A stretch of 64,000 nt of DNA from an uncultured delta proteobacterium (GCA_963843145.1 CAWJJC010000022.1:438006-502005); one strand, 5' to 3'. Shown: positions 28,448-39,170, counted from the stretch's first letter. The notes: generated by a model not told the origin, from the sequence alone. Numbers and translations: made by a program.

Positions 28448-28767
28448 TCAGCCGCTTTGATATTTTTTTGATAAATCTTGATCCTACGGTGGGCTCAGAG
28501 ATCAGAAAGACAAGACCATGTCTGGTCATTTCACCTGATGAGATGAATCGTCATATTCGTACCGTGATCGTAGCGCCGCTGACAACAAAAGAAGGAAAAG
28601 CGTATCCCACCCGGGTCGCTTGCGAATTTCGAGGTAAAAAAGGGCAGATCGTTTTAGATCAGATTCGTACGTTGGATAAATCGCGGCTTATTAAGAAACA
28701 AGGGACCGTAGATCCTCAAATTCAAATCAAAGTAATTTCCAGGCTACAAAAAATGTTTGCCTTTTGA
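28435..28767 (+). CDS. PemK/MazF family toxin
   Basis: LDPTVGSEIRKTRPCLVISP, DQIRTLDKSRL. Confidence 0.94.
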   Translation: MGMVISRFDIFLINLDPTVGSEIRKTRPCLVISPDEMNRHIRTVIVAPLTTKEGKAYPTRVACEFRGKKGQIVLDQIRTLDKSRLIKKQGTVDPQIQIKVISRLQKMFAF

Positions 28768-28797
28768 TTGAAAAGGGTGCAGCGCGGGTCTCTTCAT

Positions 28798-30522
28798 TCA
28801 CCGCTGATAGCGGTTGGTGATCGGCAGCCGCCAGTCCTTGCCGAAGGCCCGGGTGGTTATTTTGATGCCCGGCGGGCTTTGGCGGCGTTTGTATTCGTTG
28901 CGGTCCACCAGGCGGATTACCTTTTCCACCATGGCTTGATCAAATCCCCGACGGACCATCTCCTCCACCGAACAGCTTTCCTCCACATAGGCTTGAAGAA
29001 TGGGATCCAGCAGGTCGTATTCGGGCAGGGAATCGGAATCCTTCTGATCGGGGCGAAGCTCCGCGGAAGGGGGCTTTTCCAGGACCCGTCGAGGCAGGAG
29101 TTCTTTCCCGGCCAGTTGGTTCCGGTAACGGCACAGTTCGTAGACCAGGATCTTGGGCACATCCTTTAACACGGCGAACCCTCCGGCCGTATCCCCGTAC
29201 AGGGTGGAATAGCCCACGCCGGTCTCGCTTTTGTTGCCGGTGGTCAGCACCAGCCAGCCGAATTTGTTGGAAAGGGCCATCAGAATCGTTCCCCGGATTC
29301 GGGGTTGCAAGTTTTCTTCCGTCAATTCCTCCGGCAGCCCTTGAAAATGGGGATTCAGGACTTCCAGATAGGTTTGAAAAAGGGCGTCGATGGGAATGAC
29401 GGAAAAATGAATGCCGAGATTTTGGGCCAATTGCTCGGCGTCTTCCAGACTATGGGAAGAGGAAAAGCGGGTAGGCAGGGCGATGCCGTGCACCCGGGCG
29501 GGCCCCAGGGCATCGGCGGCCAGGACGGCGGTCAGGGAACTGTCCACCCCGCCGGAAAGACCCAGCACCACTTCCTTGAATCCGTTCTTGCGGACGTAGT
29601 CTCTGGTGCCTAAAACGAGGGCCTGGTAGCCTTCCGCGGTACGGGGCAGCGGGACTTGCTTTTTAGCAACGGCGGAGACCGTTTTGGAAACCCGGGGAAG
29701 AGGCGGGATAAGGACCTCTCGCAGGGAACCGCTATCCTCTCGGGGTTGCTTTCGCCGCCGCGGATCAAATAGACGCCAGCGAAAGACTTCGGTCAGGTCC
29801 AGATCGGCCACCAGAAAATCTTCTTCAAATTGGGCGGCCCGGGCCAGAATTTCCCCCTGAGGTCCGAAGATCAGACTCTGCCCGTCGAAGATCAGTTCAT
29901 CCTGGCCGCCCACCAGGTTGCAATAAACCAGATAGGAACGATTGTCCGCCGCCCGGGTGGCCAGCATCCGCTCCCGATCGCTTCCCTTGCCCAGGTAGAA
30001 GGGCGAGGAGGAGATGTTGATCAGCAGTTGGGCCCCGCCTGGGCCGGCCTGTTCCCGGGCCGGACCGTCCGGGTACCAGAGGTCTTCGCAAATACTGACC
30101 CCGAAACAGGCCTCGCCTAATCGAAAGACGGCATTGTTTTGTCCTACCTTAAAGTAGCGATTTTCATCAAAGACGCCGTAATTGGGAAGCAATTGCTTAT
30201 GATAAACCGCCTGGATCCGTCCGTCGGCCGCGACCAGGGCGCTGTTATAGAGATCGTCTTCCACCCAGAGACCGCCGATAATGGCCACTAACCCTTTCGT
30301 CTGGGGCAGGAGGTCCAGGAGGGTCTGCCGGGCGGCATAAACAAAATCCGGTTTCAGCAGCAGGTCCTCGGGCGGGTATCCGCTGACGGCCATTTCCGGA
30401 AAGGCCACCAGGTCCACTTCCTGCCTGCGGGCCAATTCCAACTGTTCTTCGATCTTCCGGCGATTTCCCGGAAGGTCACCCACGGTGGTGTTGATCTGGG
30501 ACAGGGCGATGCGCAGGTTCAT
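28798..30522 (-). CDS. nadE: glutamine-dependent NAD+ synthetase
   Basis: Nitrilase domain (FPE, LPNYGVFDE, ICED) plus GLSGGVDS, TGNKSE, PPSAEL. Confidence 0.96.
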   Translation of the reverse strand: MNLRIALSQINTTVGDLPGNRRKIEEQLELARRQEVDLVAFPEMAVSGYPPEDLLLKPDFVYAARQTLLDLLPQTKGLVAIIGGLWVEDDLYNSALVAADGRIQAVYHKQLLPNYGVFDENRYFKVGQNNAVFRLGEACFGVSICEDLWYPDGPAREQAGPGGAQLLINISSSPFYLGKGSDRERMLATRAADNRSYLVYCNLVGGQDELIFDGQSLIFGPQGEILARAAQFEEDFLVADLDLTEVFRWRLFDPRRRKQPREDSGSLREVLIPPLPRVSKTVSAVAKKQVPLPRTAEGYQALVLGTRDYVRKNGFKEVVLGLSGGVDSSLTAVLAADALGPARVHGIALPTRFSSSHSLEDAEQLAQNLGIHFSVIPIDALFQTYLEVLNPHFQGLPEELTEENLQPRIRGTILMALSNKFGWLVLTTGNKSETGVGYSTLYGDTAGGFAVLKDVPKILVYELCRYRNQLAGKELLPRRVLEKPPSAELRPDQKDSDSLPEYDLLDPILQAYVEESCSVEEMVRRGFDQAMVEKVIRLVDRNEYKRRQSPPGIKITTRAFGKDWRLPITNRYQR

Positions 30523-30684
30523 AGGTCAAAGCTCCTTGCGAATTTGACCCAGTGTAGCATAAAGGGAAAGGAGTTGGCAACGAAAGGGACCGGGCAGCGC
30601 TAGAACCGGAAACTTTCTTTCATTGACACCCGATGGCTTTTTTGATTTAAGAGAGGCATAAAATCAGCGCCAAAGGGGATAGCC

Positions 30685-31521
30685 ATGTATGCGGATTTGA
30701 AAGGTAAGACGGCCCTGGTGACCGGAGCGGGAAAGGAGACCGGAATCGGTTATGCCATCGGCCGGAAACTGGCCGCCTCGGGAATGAATATTATCCTGGC
30801 CGATCTGGGCCGCGAAGGGGCGGGTAACGGACCGGTCAAGACCGGGACTCGGGAAGAACTAGAAGCGCTTGTTAGAAAAGCGGCGGAGGAATATGGGGTG
30901 GGGGCCCTGGGGGTGGAAGTGGATGTGACCGCCAATGAATCCATCCAGAGGATGGTGGAAAAAATAAAAGAGCGGTTTAGCCGCATTGATGTGCTGGCCA
31001 ATAATGCCGGCGCCTCCTTCGGTGTTCCCAATTTATTTCATACTTATAACGAAGCCGATTGGCTCAAGACGATCGACGTCAATCTGCACAGCGTCTTCCG
31101 GGTGACCCGGGCGGTGCTCCCTTTGATGACCAATAACGGGGGAAGCATCATCAACACCGCTTCCCGGGCCGGCAAGGTCCCGCCCTTGTTCAACGGGGCC
31201 TACGCCGTGGCCAAGGCCGGCTTGATCATGCTCACCAAAGTCATGGCCCAGGAATTGGCCGGAATGAATATCCGGGTGAACGCCATTTGCCCCGGCCAGG
31301 TGATGACCGATCTGGAAAAATGGCGATTCGGTCTGGAAGCGCAATTTTATTCCTGTACCAGCGAGGAGCGGGAACAGGCCATGTGCCAGACCATCCCCCT
31401 GCGCCGTATCGGGTCGCCGGAGGAAGTAGCCAATCTGGTCGCCTTTCTGGCCTCCCAAGAGTCATCCTATATGACCGGCCAGGCCGTCAATGTGACCGGC
31501 GGGCAGTTGATGGAGCTGTAA
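30685..31521 (+). CDS. short-chain dehydrogenase/reductase
   Basis: TGAG...GIG, NNAG, YAVAK, NAICPG. Confidence 0.93.
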   Translation: MYADLKGKTALVTGAGKETGIGYAIGRKLAASGMNIILADLGREGAGNGPVKTGTREELEALVRKAAEEYGVGALGVEVDVTANESIQRMVEKIKERFSRIDVLANNAGASFGVPNLFHTYNEADWLKTIDVNLHSVFRVTRAVLPLMTNNGGSIINTASRAGKVPPLFNGAYAVAKAGLIMLTKVMAQELAGMNIRVNAICPGQVMTDLEKWRFGLEAQFYSCTSEEREQAMCQTIPLRRIGSPEEVANLVAFLASQESSYMTGQAVNVTGGQLMEL

Positions 31522-31663
31522 ACCCAGGATAAAGGATCGAGGATAAAGGAGAGTGATGAGCAAGGGGTTGTTGAACCGTCTGCTCTCTCTTCTTTATCCC
31601 TATTCCTGATTCCTCCCTGGCGGGATATCACCCGCTCACCCCTAACCTGCAAAGGAGTTGAAC

Positions 31664-33358
31664 ATGGCCAATATTTCCGGCGGTCAGCTTACCGCTGAAG
31701 CGCTAATCGAAAGAAAGGTGGAATATGTTTTCACCTTGAGCGGGGGGCACATCACCCCGATTTATCAATACCTCGAAAATTCAGCGGTCCGGCTGTTTGA
31801 CACGCGGCATGAACAGGCGGCGGTCTTCATGGCCGAGGCCTACGGCCGGCTGACCCGAAAACCCGGGGTGGCCATGGTCACTGCCGGGCCGGGTTTTACG
31901 AATTCGCTGACCGCCGTGGCCAGCGCCTACCTGGCCAATACCCCGCTGGTCCTGATCTCCGGTTGCGTGGGGATCGACAGTTGTGAGAAATTGGACCTCC
32001 AGGATATGCGTCAGCTCCCGGTAATTGAGCCTATGGTCAAAAAGGCCCTGGTCTGCCAACGGACCGAACGGATCCCGGAGTATATCGATATGGCCTTCCG
32101 CACGGCCCGCAGCGGCCGTCCCGGGCCGGTTTACCTGGAGCTGCCGATTGATATATTAAACGGCTCGGTGGACCCCTACCAGGCCAAAAAAAGAAGAACC
32201 GACGTGGAGTCCCACCCGGTCGATCCGGACCAGGCGGCTATTTTGATTGATATGATTCGTCAGGCCCGGAAGCCGTTGGTCATTGCCGGCAGCGGGGCCT
32301 GGTATGCCGGGGCCGAAAAGGCCCTGATCGAATTTATTGAGAAAACCGGATTGCCGGTTTTTACCGCGGGGCTGGGACGGGGGACTATCCCGGATACCCA
32401 TCCCCTGTGCTTTGAATCTTCGCTGGCCATTCGACCCGGAGCCGGTTTTTTTGCCTTTATGAATACCGATCTGGTTATTCTCCTGGGTAACCGCCTCAGC
32501 CTCTTTTATATTTTCGGTGAGGTCTTCAACCCCCAGGCCAAATTGGTCCAGGTGGATATCCAAGGGGAGGAGCTGGGGCGCAACCGGGCGGTGGACCTGC
32601 CGGTGGTCAGTGACGTTCGGGCTTTGCTGACCGAATTGAACCGTCTGGTCGATCAACAGGGCGCGGCCGAAAGCCTGCGCCGGCAATTCGCCGGCTGGAT
32701 AGACGAACTCAAGAAATCGGAAGCCGACAACAAGGCCATGTCTCGGCCCACCTGGGAAAGCGATCAGGTCCCCATCCATCCCTTACGGCTGGCCCGGGAG
32801 GTCGATGACTTCATGAACCGGGAGGAGGACATCGTTGTGGCCGACGGCGGCGATACCACCACCTGGATGGGGATGACTCGGACGGTCCGTCGTCCCGGTC
32901 ACTATTTGGACTATGGTCTGTTCGGCTGCCTGGCCGTGGGACTGCCCTTTGCCAACGCCGCTCAGCTCCTGAATCCTGATAAACGGGTCTGCCTGCTGAC
33001 CGGCGACGGGTCGGTGGGCTTCAATTTCATGGAGTTTGAGACGGCCCTTCGAAAACAATTGCCCATTGTGGTGGTCATCAACAACGACCTGGGTTGGGGC
33101 ATGATCCGGCACAGCCAGGAAATCAAGATCGGGAGGGCCATCCCGGACGGCACCTTTATCGGGAAGGTGGATTACCACAAAATGGTCGAGGCCCTGGGCG
33201 GGCTGGGCCTGTTCGTAGAGCAGCCGGCGGCCATCCGGCCGGCACTGGAGGAGGCCTTTGCCTCGGGGAAAACAGCCTGCATCAACGTCATGACCGATCC
33301 CACGGTCATCAGCCCGGGAAGCATTGCCTTGGCTAATCTGGGGGGATATAAAGCCTGA
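31664..33358 (+). CDS. thiamine diphosphate-dependent enzyme (acetolactate synthase-like / 2-hydroxyacyl-CoA lyase-like)
   Basis: FTLSGGHI, TRHEQAA, TAGPG, GDGSVGF...NND. Confidence 0.88.
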   Translation: MANISGGQLTAEALIERKVEYVFTLSGGHITPIYQYLENSAVRLFDTRHEQAAVFMAEAYGRLTRKPGVAMVTAGPGFTNSLTAVASAYLANTPLVLISGCVGIDSCEKLDLQDMRQLPVIEPMVKKALVCQRTERIPEYIDMAFRTARSGRPGPVYLELPIDILNGSVDPYQAKKRRTDVESHPVDPDQAAILIDMIRQARKPLVIAGSGAWYAGAEKALIEFIEKTGLPVFTAGLGRGTIPDTHPLCFESSLAIRPGAGFFAFMNTDLVILLGNRLSLFYIFGEVFNPQAKLVQVDIQGEELGRNRAVDLPVVSDVRALLTELNRLVDQQGAAESLRRQFAGWIDELKKSEADNKAMSRPTWESDQVPIHPLRLAREVDDFMNREEDIVVADGGDTTTWMGMTRTVRRPGHYLDYGLFGCLAVGLPFANAAQLLNPDKRVCLLTGDGSVGFNFMEFETALRKQLPIVVVINNDLGWGMIRHSQEIKIGRAIPDGTFIGKVDYHKMVEALGGLGLFVEQPAAIRPALEEAFASGKTACINVMTDPTVISPGSIALANLGGYKA

Positions 33359-33419
33359 TTGACAGCTCGCCCGAAAAAATGTAATCATAATGTAGTAATT
33401 GATGTTAAGGGGGGCCATT

Positions 33420-33668
33420 ATGGTTAGAACGCAGATTCAATTGACCGACGATCAGGCCAAGACGGTCAAGAAGTTAGCCATAGCCCGTGGCGTCTCCATG
33501 GCTGAATTCATCCGTCAGGCGGTCGAGGGGGTTATTCACTCGAGTCCCGACATTGACCGGGAAGAACGGGTTAAACGGGCCAGGGACATAGCCGGGAAAT
33601 TCAGTTCCGGGAAAAGCGACGTTTCCAGGAAACATGATGCCTATCTCGACGGGGCCTACCGACCATGA
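33420..33668 (+). CDS. CopG/RHH antitoxin (VapB-like)
   Basis: MVRTQIQL, VSMAEFIRQAV, SRKHDAYL; overlaps the PIN gene. Confidence 0.88.
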   Translation: MVRTQIQLTDDQAKTVKKLAIARGVSMAEFIRQAVEGVIHSSPDIDREERVKRARDIAGKFSSGKSDVSRKHDAYLDGAYRP

Positions 33669-34063
33669 GGGTATTTATCGACACCTCCTCCTTGTACGCC
33701 TTGCTCGATCGGACGGATGAAAATCACCTGAAGGCCAAGCGGGAATGGAACCGAATCCTGGATGAGGACTATACCCTGGTGGCCAGCAACTATATCCTCG
33801 TGGAGACCCTGGCCCTCCTTCAGAGCCGTATTGGGATGGAAGCGGTACGAGGATTTCAGGAAGATGTGTTTCCTCTGCTTTTCGTAGAGTTCATTACCCC
33901 CAAGATTCACCGCCTGGGCACATCCGCTTTGCTTTCTTCATCCAGGAGGCGGCTGAGTTTCGTGGATTGTGTAAGTTTCGAGGTCATGCGGGAAACCGGG
34001 ATCCGAAAGGTGTTTGCCTTTGACCCCCATTTTAAGGAGCAGGGGTTTGAGGTCGTGCCGTAA
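33665..34063 (+). CDS. VapC PIN-domain toxin
   Basis: FIDTS, E, SFVDC, FAFDPHF. Confidence 0.92.
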   Translation: MRVFIDTSSLYALLDRTDENHLKAKREWNRILDEDYTLVASNYILVETLALLQSRIGMEAVRGFQEDVFPLLFVEFITPKIHRLGTSALLSSSRRRLSFVDCVSFEVMRETGIRKVFAFDPHFKEQGFEVVP

Positions 34064-34198
34064 CGGTTCTCTTGAATTTCTACTCCCCTTTCAAATTAAG
34101 AAGAACGAATGAACGACGGTCAAGGGGGCGGGCCCCCGCTCCCGGCCCTTATCAGGGTAGGGAGCGGAAGGGCAATTTCCCTTTGCCGGGCCAGGCCC

Positions 34199-34297
34199 CT
34201 ATTTCTTCTTTTTTTCTTGCTTGGCCTTCTTCTTTTCTTTGGCTGTTTTGGCCGGCTTCTTTTTTGCGTCCTTCTTGGCGTCCATTGATTTGGCCAT
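34199..34297 (-). CDS. 32-aa lysine-rich small protein MAKSMDAKKDAKKKPAKTAKEKKKAKQEKKKK
   Basis: Strong RBS aaggagg before the ATG; below the ORF-track size cutoff. Confidence 0.7.
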   Translation of the reverse strand: MAKSMDAKKDAKKKPAKTAKEKKKAKQEKKKK

Positions 34298-34389
34298 GAG
34301 GTTCCTCCTTAAAAATTAAATTGATGGAGAATACCATTTTCGCCTTTTAAAAAAAATGGAAAAAAGTTACTTTTTCTAAAAAAAGCCGC

Positions 34390-34699
34390 TTCGCCCTTTT
34401 GGTGTGGGTACCCCCCAGATCTGGTCTGGCCGTCGGGTCTCGGCGAAAGGGTTTTCCAAAAGTGCTCCGGACTTTGAATCCGGGCCTAACTTACTAATTT
34501 TATTTGAAGCAGGCCCAAACTCGGAGTCTTTTGATGCTTCCCAGGTTGGCCCTGCCTCCGGGAAGATTTCGGAACACGGGGGCCGGGTTAGAGCCGAAAA
34601 GGCAATAAGGAAAACCCTTTCGCCGAGACCCGACGGCCACAGAGGCCTGATTTCAGTTTAAGCTACCAGGGGTTGCGGCCAGCTACCCCAAAGGGCGAA
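34390..34699. repeat. about 310-bp element with nested inverted repeats (MITE-like)
   Basis: 31-bp perfect IR 34427-34457 / 34609-34639; outer IR ttcgcccttt / aaagggcgaa; partial copy at 6240-6331. Confidence 0.8.
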
Positions 34700-34724
34700 C
34701 AACCTAATAAAAGGAGGCCTCCCG

Positions 34725-36194
34725 ATGAAATATGTCGCCGCCATCGATCAGGGGACCACCAGCACCCGATGCTTTCTCTTTGACCGGGCGGGACAGCCGA
34801 AGGCCGGGGCCCAACAGGAGCACCGGCAGATTTATCCGCGGCCGGGCTGGGTGGAGCATGACCCGGTCGAGATTTGGGATCGGACCCAGCGGGTGTTCGC
34901 CGAGGCCCTAGACTTGGTCCGGGCCGAACCGGGCGACCTGGCCGCCATCGGTATCACCAACCAGCGGGAGACGACGGTGATCTGGGAAAAGGCCGGCGGA
35001 CGGCCGATCCACAACGCCCTGGTCTGGCAGGATACGCGCACGGCCGGCCTCTGTGCCGACCTGGCCGGGCAGGGCGGGCAGGACCGCTTCCGCCCCAAAA
35101 CCGGCCTGCCGCTGGCCACTTATTTCTCGGGCCCGAAAATCCTCTGGCTGCTGGACCAGGTACCCGGCGCTCGGGAGCGGGCCGAGAACGGCGATTTATT
35201 GTTCGGGACGATCGACACCTGGCTGGTCTGGAACCTGACCGGCGCTCATGTCACCGATGTGACCAACGCCGCCCGGACCCTGCTGATGAATCTGGAGACC
35301 CTGGATTGGGATGAAGACCTGCTTCGCGAACTGGGGGTGCCCCGAGCCCTGCTGCCCCGGATCGTTTCCTCGAGCGAGCTCTACGGAGTCACGCGCCAGG
35401 GCGTGCCGGTGTCGGGGATTCTGGGCGATCAACAGGCCGCCCTGTTTGGGCAGACCTGCTTCTCCCCGGGGGAGGCCAAGAACACCTACGGCACCGGTTG
35501 CTTCATGCTGCTCAACACCGGAGAAACCGCGGTGCCTTCGAAAAATGGCCTGTTGACCACGCTGGGGTACCAACTGGGGAAACAACCTCCGGTCTATGCC
35601 CTGGAAGGCTCGATTGCCGTAACCGGCGCGCTGGTGCAATGGCTGCGGGACAACCTCGGTCTGATCGGGCAGTCCGCCGAAGTGGAGAAACTGGCCGGCT
35701 CCGTGGACGACAACGGCGGCATCTACTTCGTCCCCGCCTTCAGCGGCTTATATGCGCCTTATTGGAAGGACAGCGCCCGGGGGGCCATCGTCGGGATGAC
35801 CCGCTACGTGAACAAGGGGCATATCGCCCGCGCCGCCCTGGAAGCCACGGCCTATCAGACCCGCGAAGTTCTGGAGGCGATGAATAAAGACAGCGGCGTT
35901 CGGCTGAGCTCCCTGAGAGTGGACGGCGGGATGGTTCGCAACGAACTCCTGATGCAGTTCCAGGCGGACATCCTCCAGGTCCCGGTGACCCGACCCCGGA
36001 TCTCCGAAACCACCGCGCTTGGGGCGGCGTATGCCGCCGGACTGGCGGTGGGCTTCTGGCCCAATCTGGAAGAACTGCGCCGGAACTGGCAGGCCGATAA
36101 AACCTGGCGGCCCCGGATGGGGGAGGAAGAGCGCGATCGGCTGTATCGTGGCTGGCAGAAGGCTGTCACCCGCACCTTTGATTGGATCGATTAA
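34725..36194 (+). CDS. glpK: glycerol kinase
   Basis: [52 protein letters not shown]. Confidence 0.96.
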   Translation: MKYVAAIDQGTTSTRCFLFDRAGQPKAGAQQEHRQIYPRPGWVEHDPVEIWDRTQRVFAEALDLVRAEPGDLAAIGITNQRETTVIWEKAGGRPIHNALVWQDTRTAGLCADLAGQGGQDRFRPKTGLPLATYFSGPKILWLLDQVPGARERAENGDLLFGTIDTWLVWNLTGAHVTDVTNAARTLLMNLETLDWDEDLLRELGVPRALLPRIVSSSELYGVTRQGVPVSGILGDQQAALFGQTCFSPGEAKNTYGTGCFMLLNTGETAVPSKNGLLTTLGYQLGKQPPVYALEGSIAVTGALVQWLRDNLGLIGQSAEVEKLAGSVDDNGGIYFVPAFSGLYAPYWKDSARGAIVGMTRYVNKGHIARAALEATAYQTREVLEAMNKDSGVRLSSLRVDGGMVRNELLMQFQADILQVPVTRPRISETTALGAAYAAGLAVGFWPNLEELRRNWQADKTWRPRMGEEERDRLYRGWQKAVTRTFDWID

Positions 36195-36235
36195 CAGTTT
36201 GAGGAAGTGGATCAAAGAATGAGGAGGTAAAAATC

Positions 36236-37966
36236 ATGCCCAAGCAAAAAATGACCCCCAGCGAAGCGTTGGTCGAGACCCTGGTGGCCGAGGGGGTAAA
36301 AACAGTATTCGGGATCGTGGGTTCGGCCTTCATGGATGCCCTGGATTTATTCCCGGCGGCGGGAATCCGCTTTGTTTCCGTGGCCCACGAACAGGCTGCC
36401 GCCCACGCCGCCGACGGCCTGGCCCGGGTGACCGGTCGGCCCCAGGTCTGCATCGCCCAGAACGGCCCGGGGGCGGCCAATTTCGTGTCCGCCGTTACTG
36501 CCGCCTTCTGGGCCCACTCGCCGGTGGTGGCCATCACCCCGGAAACGGGTTCCCTGGGGATCGGGACCGGCGGCTTTCAGGAGCTGGACCAAATGGCCTG
36601 GTTCAAGGAGCAGACGGTCTACCAGGTGCGCGTCAATCGGCCGGAGCGAATGGCCGAGTTGGCCCGCCGGGCGTTTTATCTGGCCAAATTGGAAAACGGA
36701 CCGGCCCAGCTCAATATCCCCCGCGATTACTTTTACGGTTTGTGCGAGGATGAGATCTATCCCACTCTGACCGTCTCCCGGGGCAGCGGACCGCGGGAGG
36801 CCCTGGAAGCGGCCGCCCGGCTGCTGCTCAAGGCCAAAATCCCGGTCATTCTGGCCGGAGGCGGGGTCTCCCAGGGGAACGCGCTGGAAGAAGTAATGGC
36901 CCTGGCCGAGTACCTCGGCGCCCCGGTGGCCAACACCTATCTGCACAATGACACTTTTCCGGGTGACCATCCGCTGGCCGTGGGACCCATCGGCTACTGC
37001 GGCTCCAAGGCGGCCATGCGGACCTTAGCCCAAGCGGATGTGGTCCTGGCCCTGGGCACCCGCCTGGGCCCCTTCGGCACCCTGCCCCAGTATGGATTGG
37101 ACTACTGGCCTAAACAGGCCAAGCTTATTCAGGTGGACGTGAATGCCCGGGTCCTGGGCCTCAGTCGGAGGGTGGACGTGGCCAGCCCGGCGGAAGTGAA
37201 GGAATTCACCCGTGAAATGATCCTGCTGCTCAAAACCCGCAAGCCGGAGATAAAAGTTAATCGAAAACGCCTACGGGAACTGGAAAAAGCGAAGCAGGAT
37301 TGGTCCGAGGAATTACGGAAGGAATCTTCCTCCACCGCCAAACTGATGCATCCCCGGAGATTTCTATGGGAGCTGTCCCGGGCCATCCCCCCGGGTTCCA
37401 CCGTCACCACGGACATCGGCAATAATTCCTCCCTGTGCAATGCTTATCTGAAATTCACCGACGTTCGGCAGCACCTGGCCGCCCTGAGCTGGGGCAATTG
37501 CGGCTTTGCCTACGGGGCCGCCCTGGGGGCCAAGATCGGCCGGCCCAAGGTCCCGGTCTTTGCCTTCCAGGGAGACGGAGCCTACGGGATCAGCGGCCTG
37601 GCCGAAGTCATGACGGCGGTAAGGGAAAATATCCCGGTGATTGCCGTGGTGGCCAATAACCAGGAGTGGGGGGCGGAAAAGAAAAATCAGATCGATTATT
37701 ACGATAACCGTTTTGTGGGCGCTAACCTGCCGGGTAACCCGGATTACGCTCGGTTGGCGGAGGATATGGGGGCCAAGGGATATCGGGTGGAGGACTACCG
37801 GGACGTGCCGGAGGTGGTGCGCGAAGCCGTCAAGTCCAACCGGCCCTGCGTGATCAACGCGCTGATCGAAGGCGGCGAAAAGGTCCTGGCCGAGCCCTTC
37901 CGGAGGGATGCCTTGAAAAAACCGGTGCGCCTTCTGCCTAAATACAAGCACTTGACGGTTCGATGA
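36236..37966 (+). CDS. xsc: sulfoacetaldehyde acetyltransferase
   Basis: MTPSEA, FGIVGSAFMDALDLFP, QNGPG, NIPRD, TDIGN, WGAEKKNQ, EPFRRDAL. Confidence 0.9.
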   Translation: MPKQKMTPSEALVETLVAEGVKTVFGIVGSAFMDALDLFPAAGIRFVSVAHEQAAAHAADGLARVTGRPQVCIAQNGPGAANFVSAVTAAFWAHSPVVAITPETGSLGIGTGGFQELDQMAWFKEQTVYQVRVNRPERMAELARRAFYLAKLENGPAQLNIPRDYFYGLCEDEIYPTLTVSRGSGPREALEAAARLLLKAKIPVILAGGGVSQGNALEEVMALAEYLGAPVANTYLHNDTFPGDHPLAVGPIGYCGSKAAMRTLAQADVVLALGTRLGPFGTLPQYGLDYWPKQAKLIQVDVNARVLGLSRRVDVASPAEVKEFTREMILLLKTRKPEIKVNRKRLRELEKAKQDWSEELRKESSSTAKLMHPRRFLWELSRAIPPGSTVTTDIGNNSSLCNAYLKFTDVRQHLAALSWGNCGFAYGAALGAKIGRPKVPVFAFQGDGAYGISGLAEVMTAVRENIPVIAVVANNQEWGAEKKNQIDYYDNRFVGANLPGNPDYARLAEDMGAKGYRVEDYRDVPEVVREAVKSNRPCVINALIEGGEKVLAEPFRRDALKKPVRLLPKYKHLTVR

Positions 37967-38064
37967 AGAAATTTTCGGTGTTAGAAGTGCCCATTTTGAT
38001 GGACACCGGGGACATTCGGTAATAGAATTTCTAATAAAGCTTTTAGCTGGAGGGAATTTTTTGT

Positions 38065-39156
38065 ATGGAGATCAAATGGGGAAGACTGGTCGGGCTGGTA
38101 TTCATCGGGATCTGTCTCATCATTAACCCGGCGTCGGCCGCCCGGAAGAAAGCCGCGGTGAAGAAAGCGAAAGTGACGCAGAAAGAACCTGCGCGACCTA
38201 AGCCGGCGGACGTCAATACCGCGCTGGTCTTTGGGAAGGCCGGAACGGATCCGGGCGAGTTCGAGACCATCGACGGCGTCTGGGTGGATGCCCGGGGCCG
38301 GATCCTGGTCGTCGACAAGGGGAATAACCGGATCAGCTTTTTTAATGGCGGCGGCCGGTTTTTGAAGTCTTTCGGGGAACCGGGTGAAGGACCGGGCCAG
38401 TTCAACCGGTGCACGGGTATCGTCATTGACCAGCGGCAGCGCATCATCATCTCCGACCAGGGCAATTTCCGCATCCAGGTCTTCGATGCGGATGGAAAAT
38501 TCCTGACCGCTTTCGGACGCCAGGGAAACGGTGACGGGGAATTTCAGGAGCCCATGGGCCTGGCCCTGGACGCCCAGGGGCATCTTTACGTTGCCGACGG
38601 GACCCGGGGCGATGTTCAGGTTTTCGACGAAAATTTCACCTTTGTCCGGAAATTCGGGATCCTAAACCCGGATGCCGGACGAATGGAAATGATCGAGTCG
38701 GTGGCCGTCGGTCCCCCGCCCCAGCAGGAAGTTTATGTCTCCGACGAAAAGAATTCCCGCATCCAGCGTTTCAGTGCCGAAGGGGAGCACCTCGGGACAC
38801 TCGGCAAACAGGGCTTCGGACCGGGGATGTTCGCCAAGGAAGTGGAAGGATTGACGTTCGATAATCTGGGATACCTCTACGCGATGGATGAAAGCGGCGG
38901 CAAGATCGAGGTCTTTGACCCGGAAGGCCGGCCGGTTCATTCCTTCGGCGGGGGATTGGGCATCCGGCCGGGCCAATTCAATTCACCGGATGGTCTTCAT
39001 TACAGCCCCCTTTATAACAGCATCCTGGTCGCCGACCAGCGGAATCACCGCGTTCAGGTCTTTCATCTGGATGATATCTGGAAAAACAAGAAGCGGGTAT
39101 CTCAAAAACAGGAGAACCGACAGACCGACCCTTCCCCCGATGACGGCCGGTCATGA
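38065..39156 (+). CDS. exported NHL-repeat beta-propeller protein
   Basis: Signal peptide; repeated G.F..P.G.....G.I.V.D..N.RIQ.F. Confidence 0.88.
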   Translation: MEIKWGRLVGLVFIGICLIINPASAARKKAAVKKAKVTQKEPARPKPADVNTALVFGKAGTDPGEFETIDGVWVDARGRILVVDKGNNRISFFNGGGRFLKSFGEPGEGPGQFNRCTGIVIDQRQRIIISDQGNFRIQVFDADGKFLTAFGRQGNGDGEFQEPMGLALDAQGHLYVADGTRGDVQVFDENFTFVRKFGILNPDAGRMEMIESVAVGPPPQQEVYVSDEKNSRIQRFSAEGEHLGTLGKQGFGPGMFAKEVEGLTFDNLGYLYAMDESGGKIEVFDPEGRPVHSFGGGLGIRPGQFNSPDGLHYSPLYNSILVADQRNHRVQVFHLDDIWKNKKRVSQKQENRQTDPSPDDGRS

Positions 39157-39170
39157 TCCTTGGGTACCGC

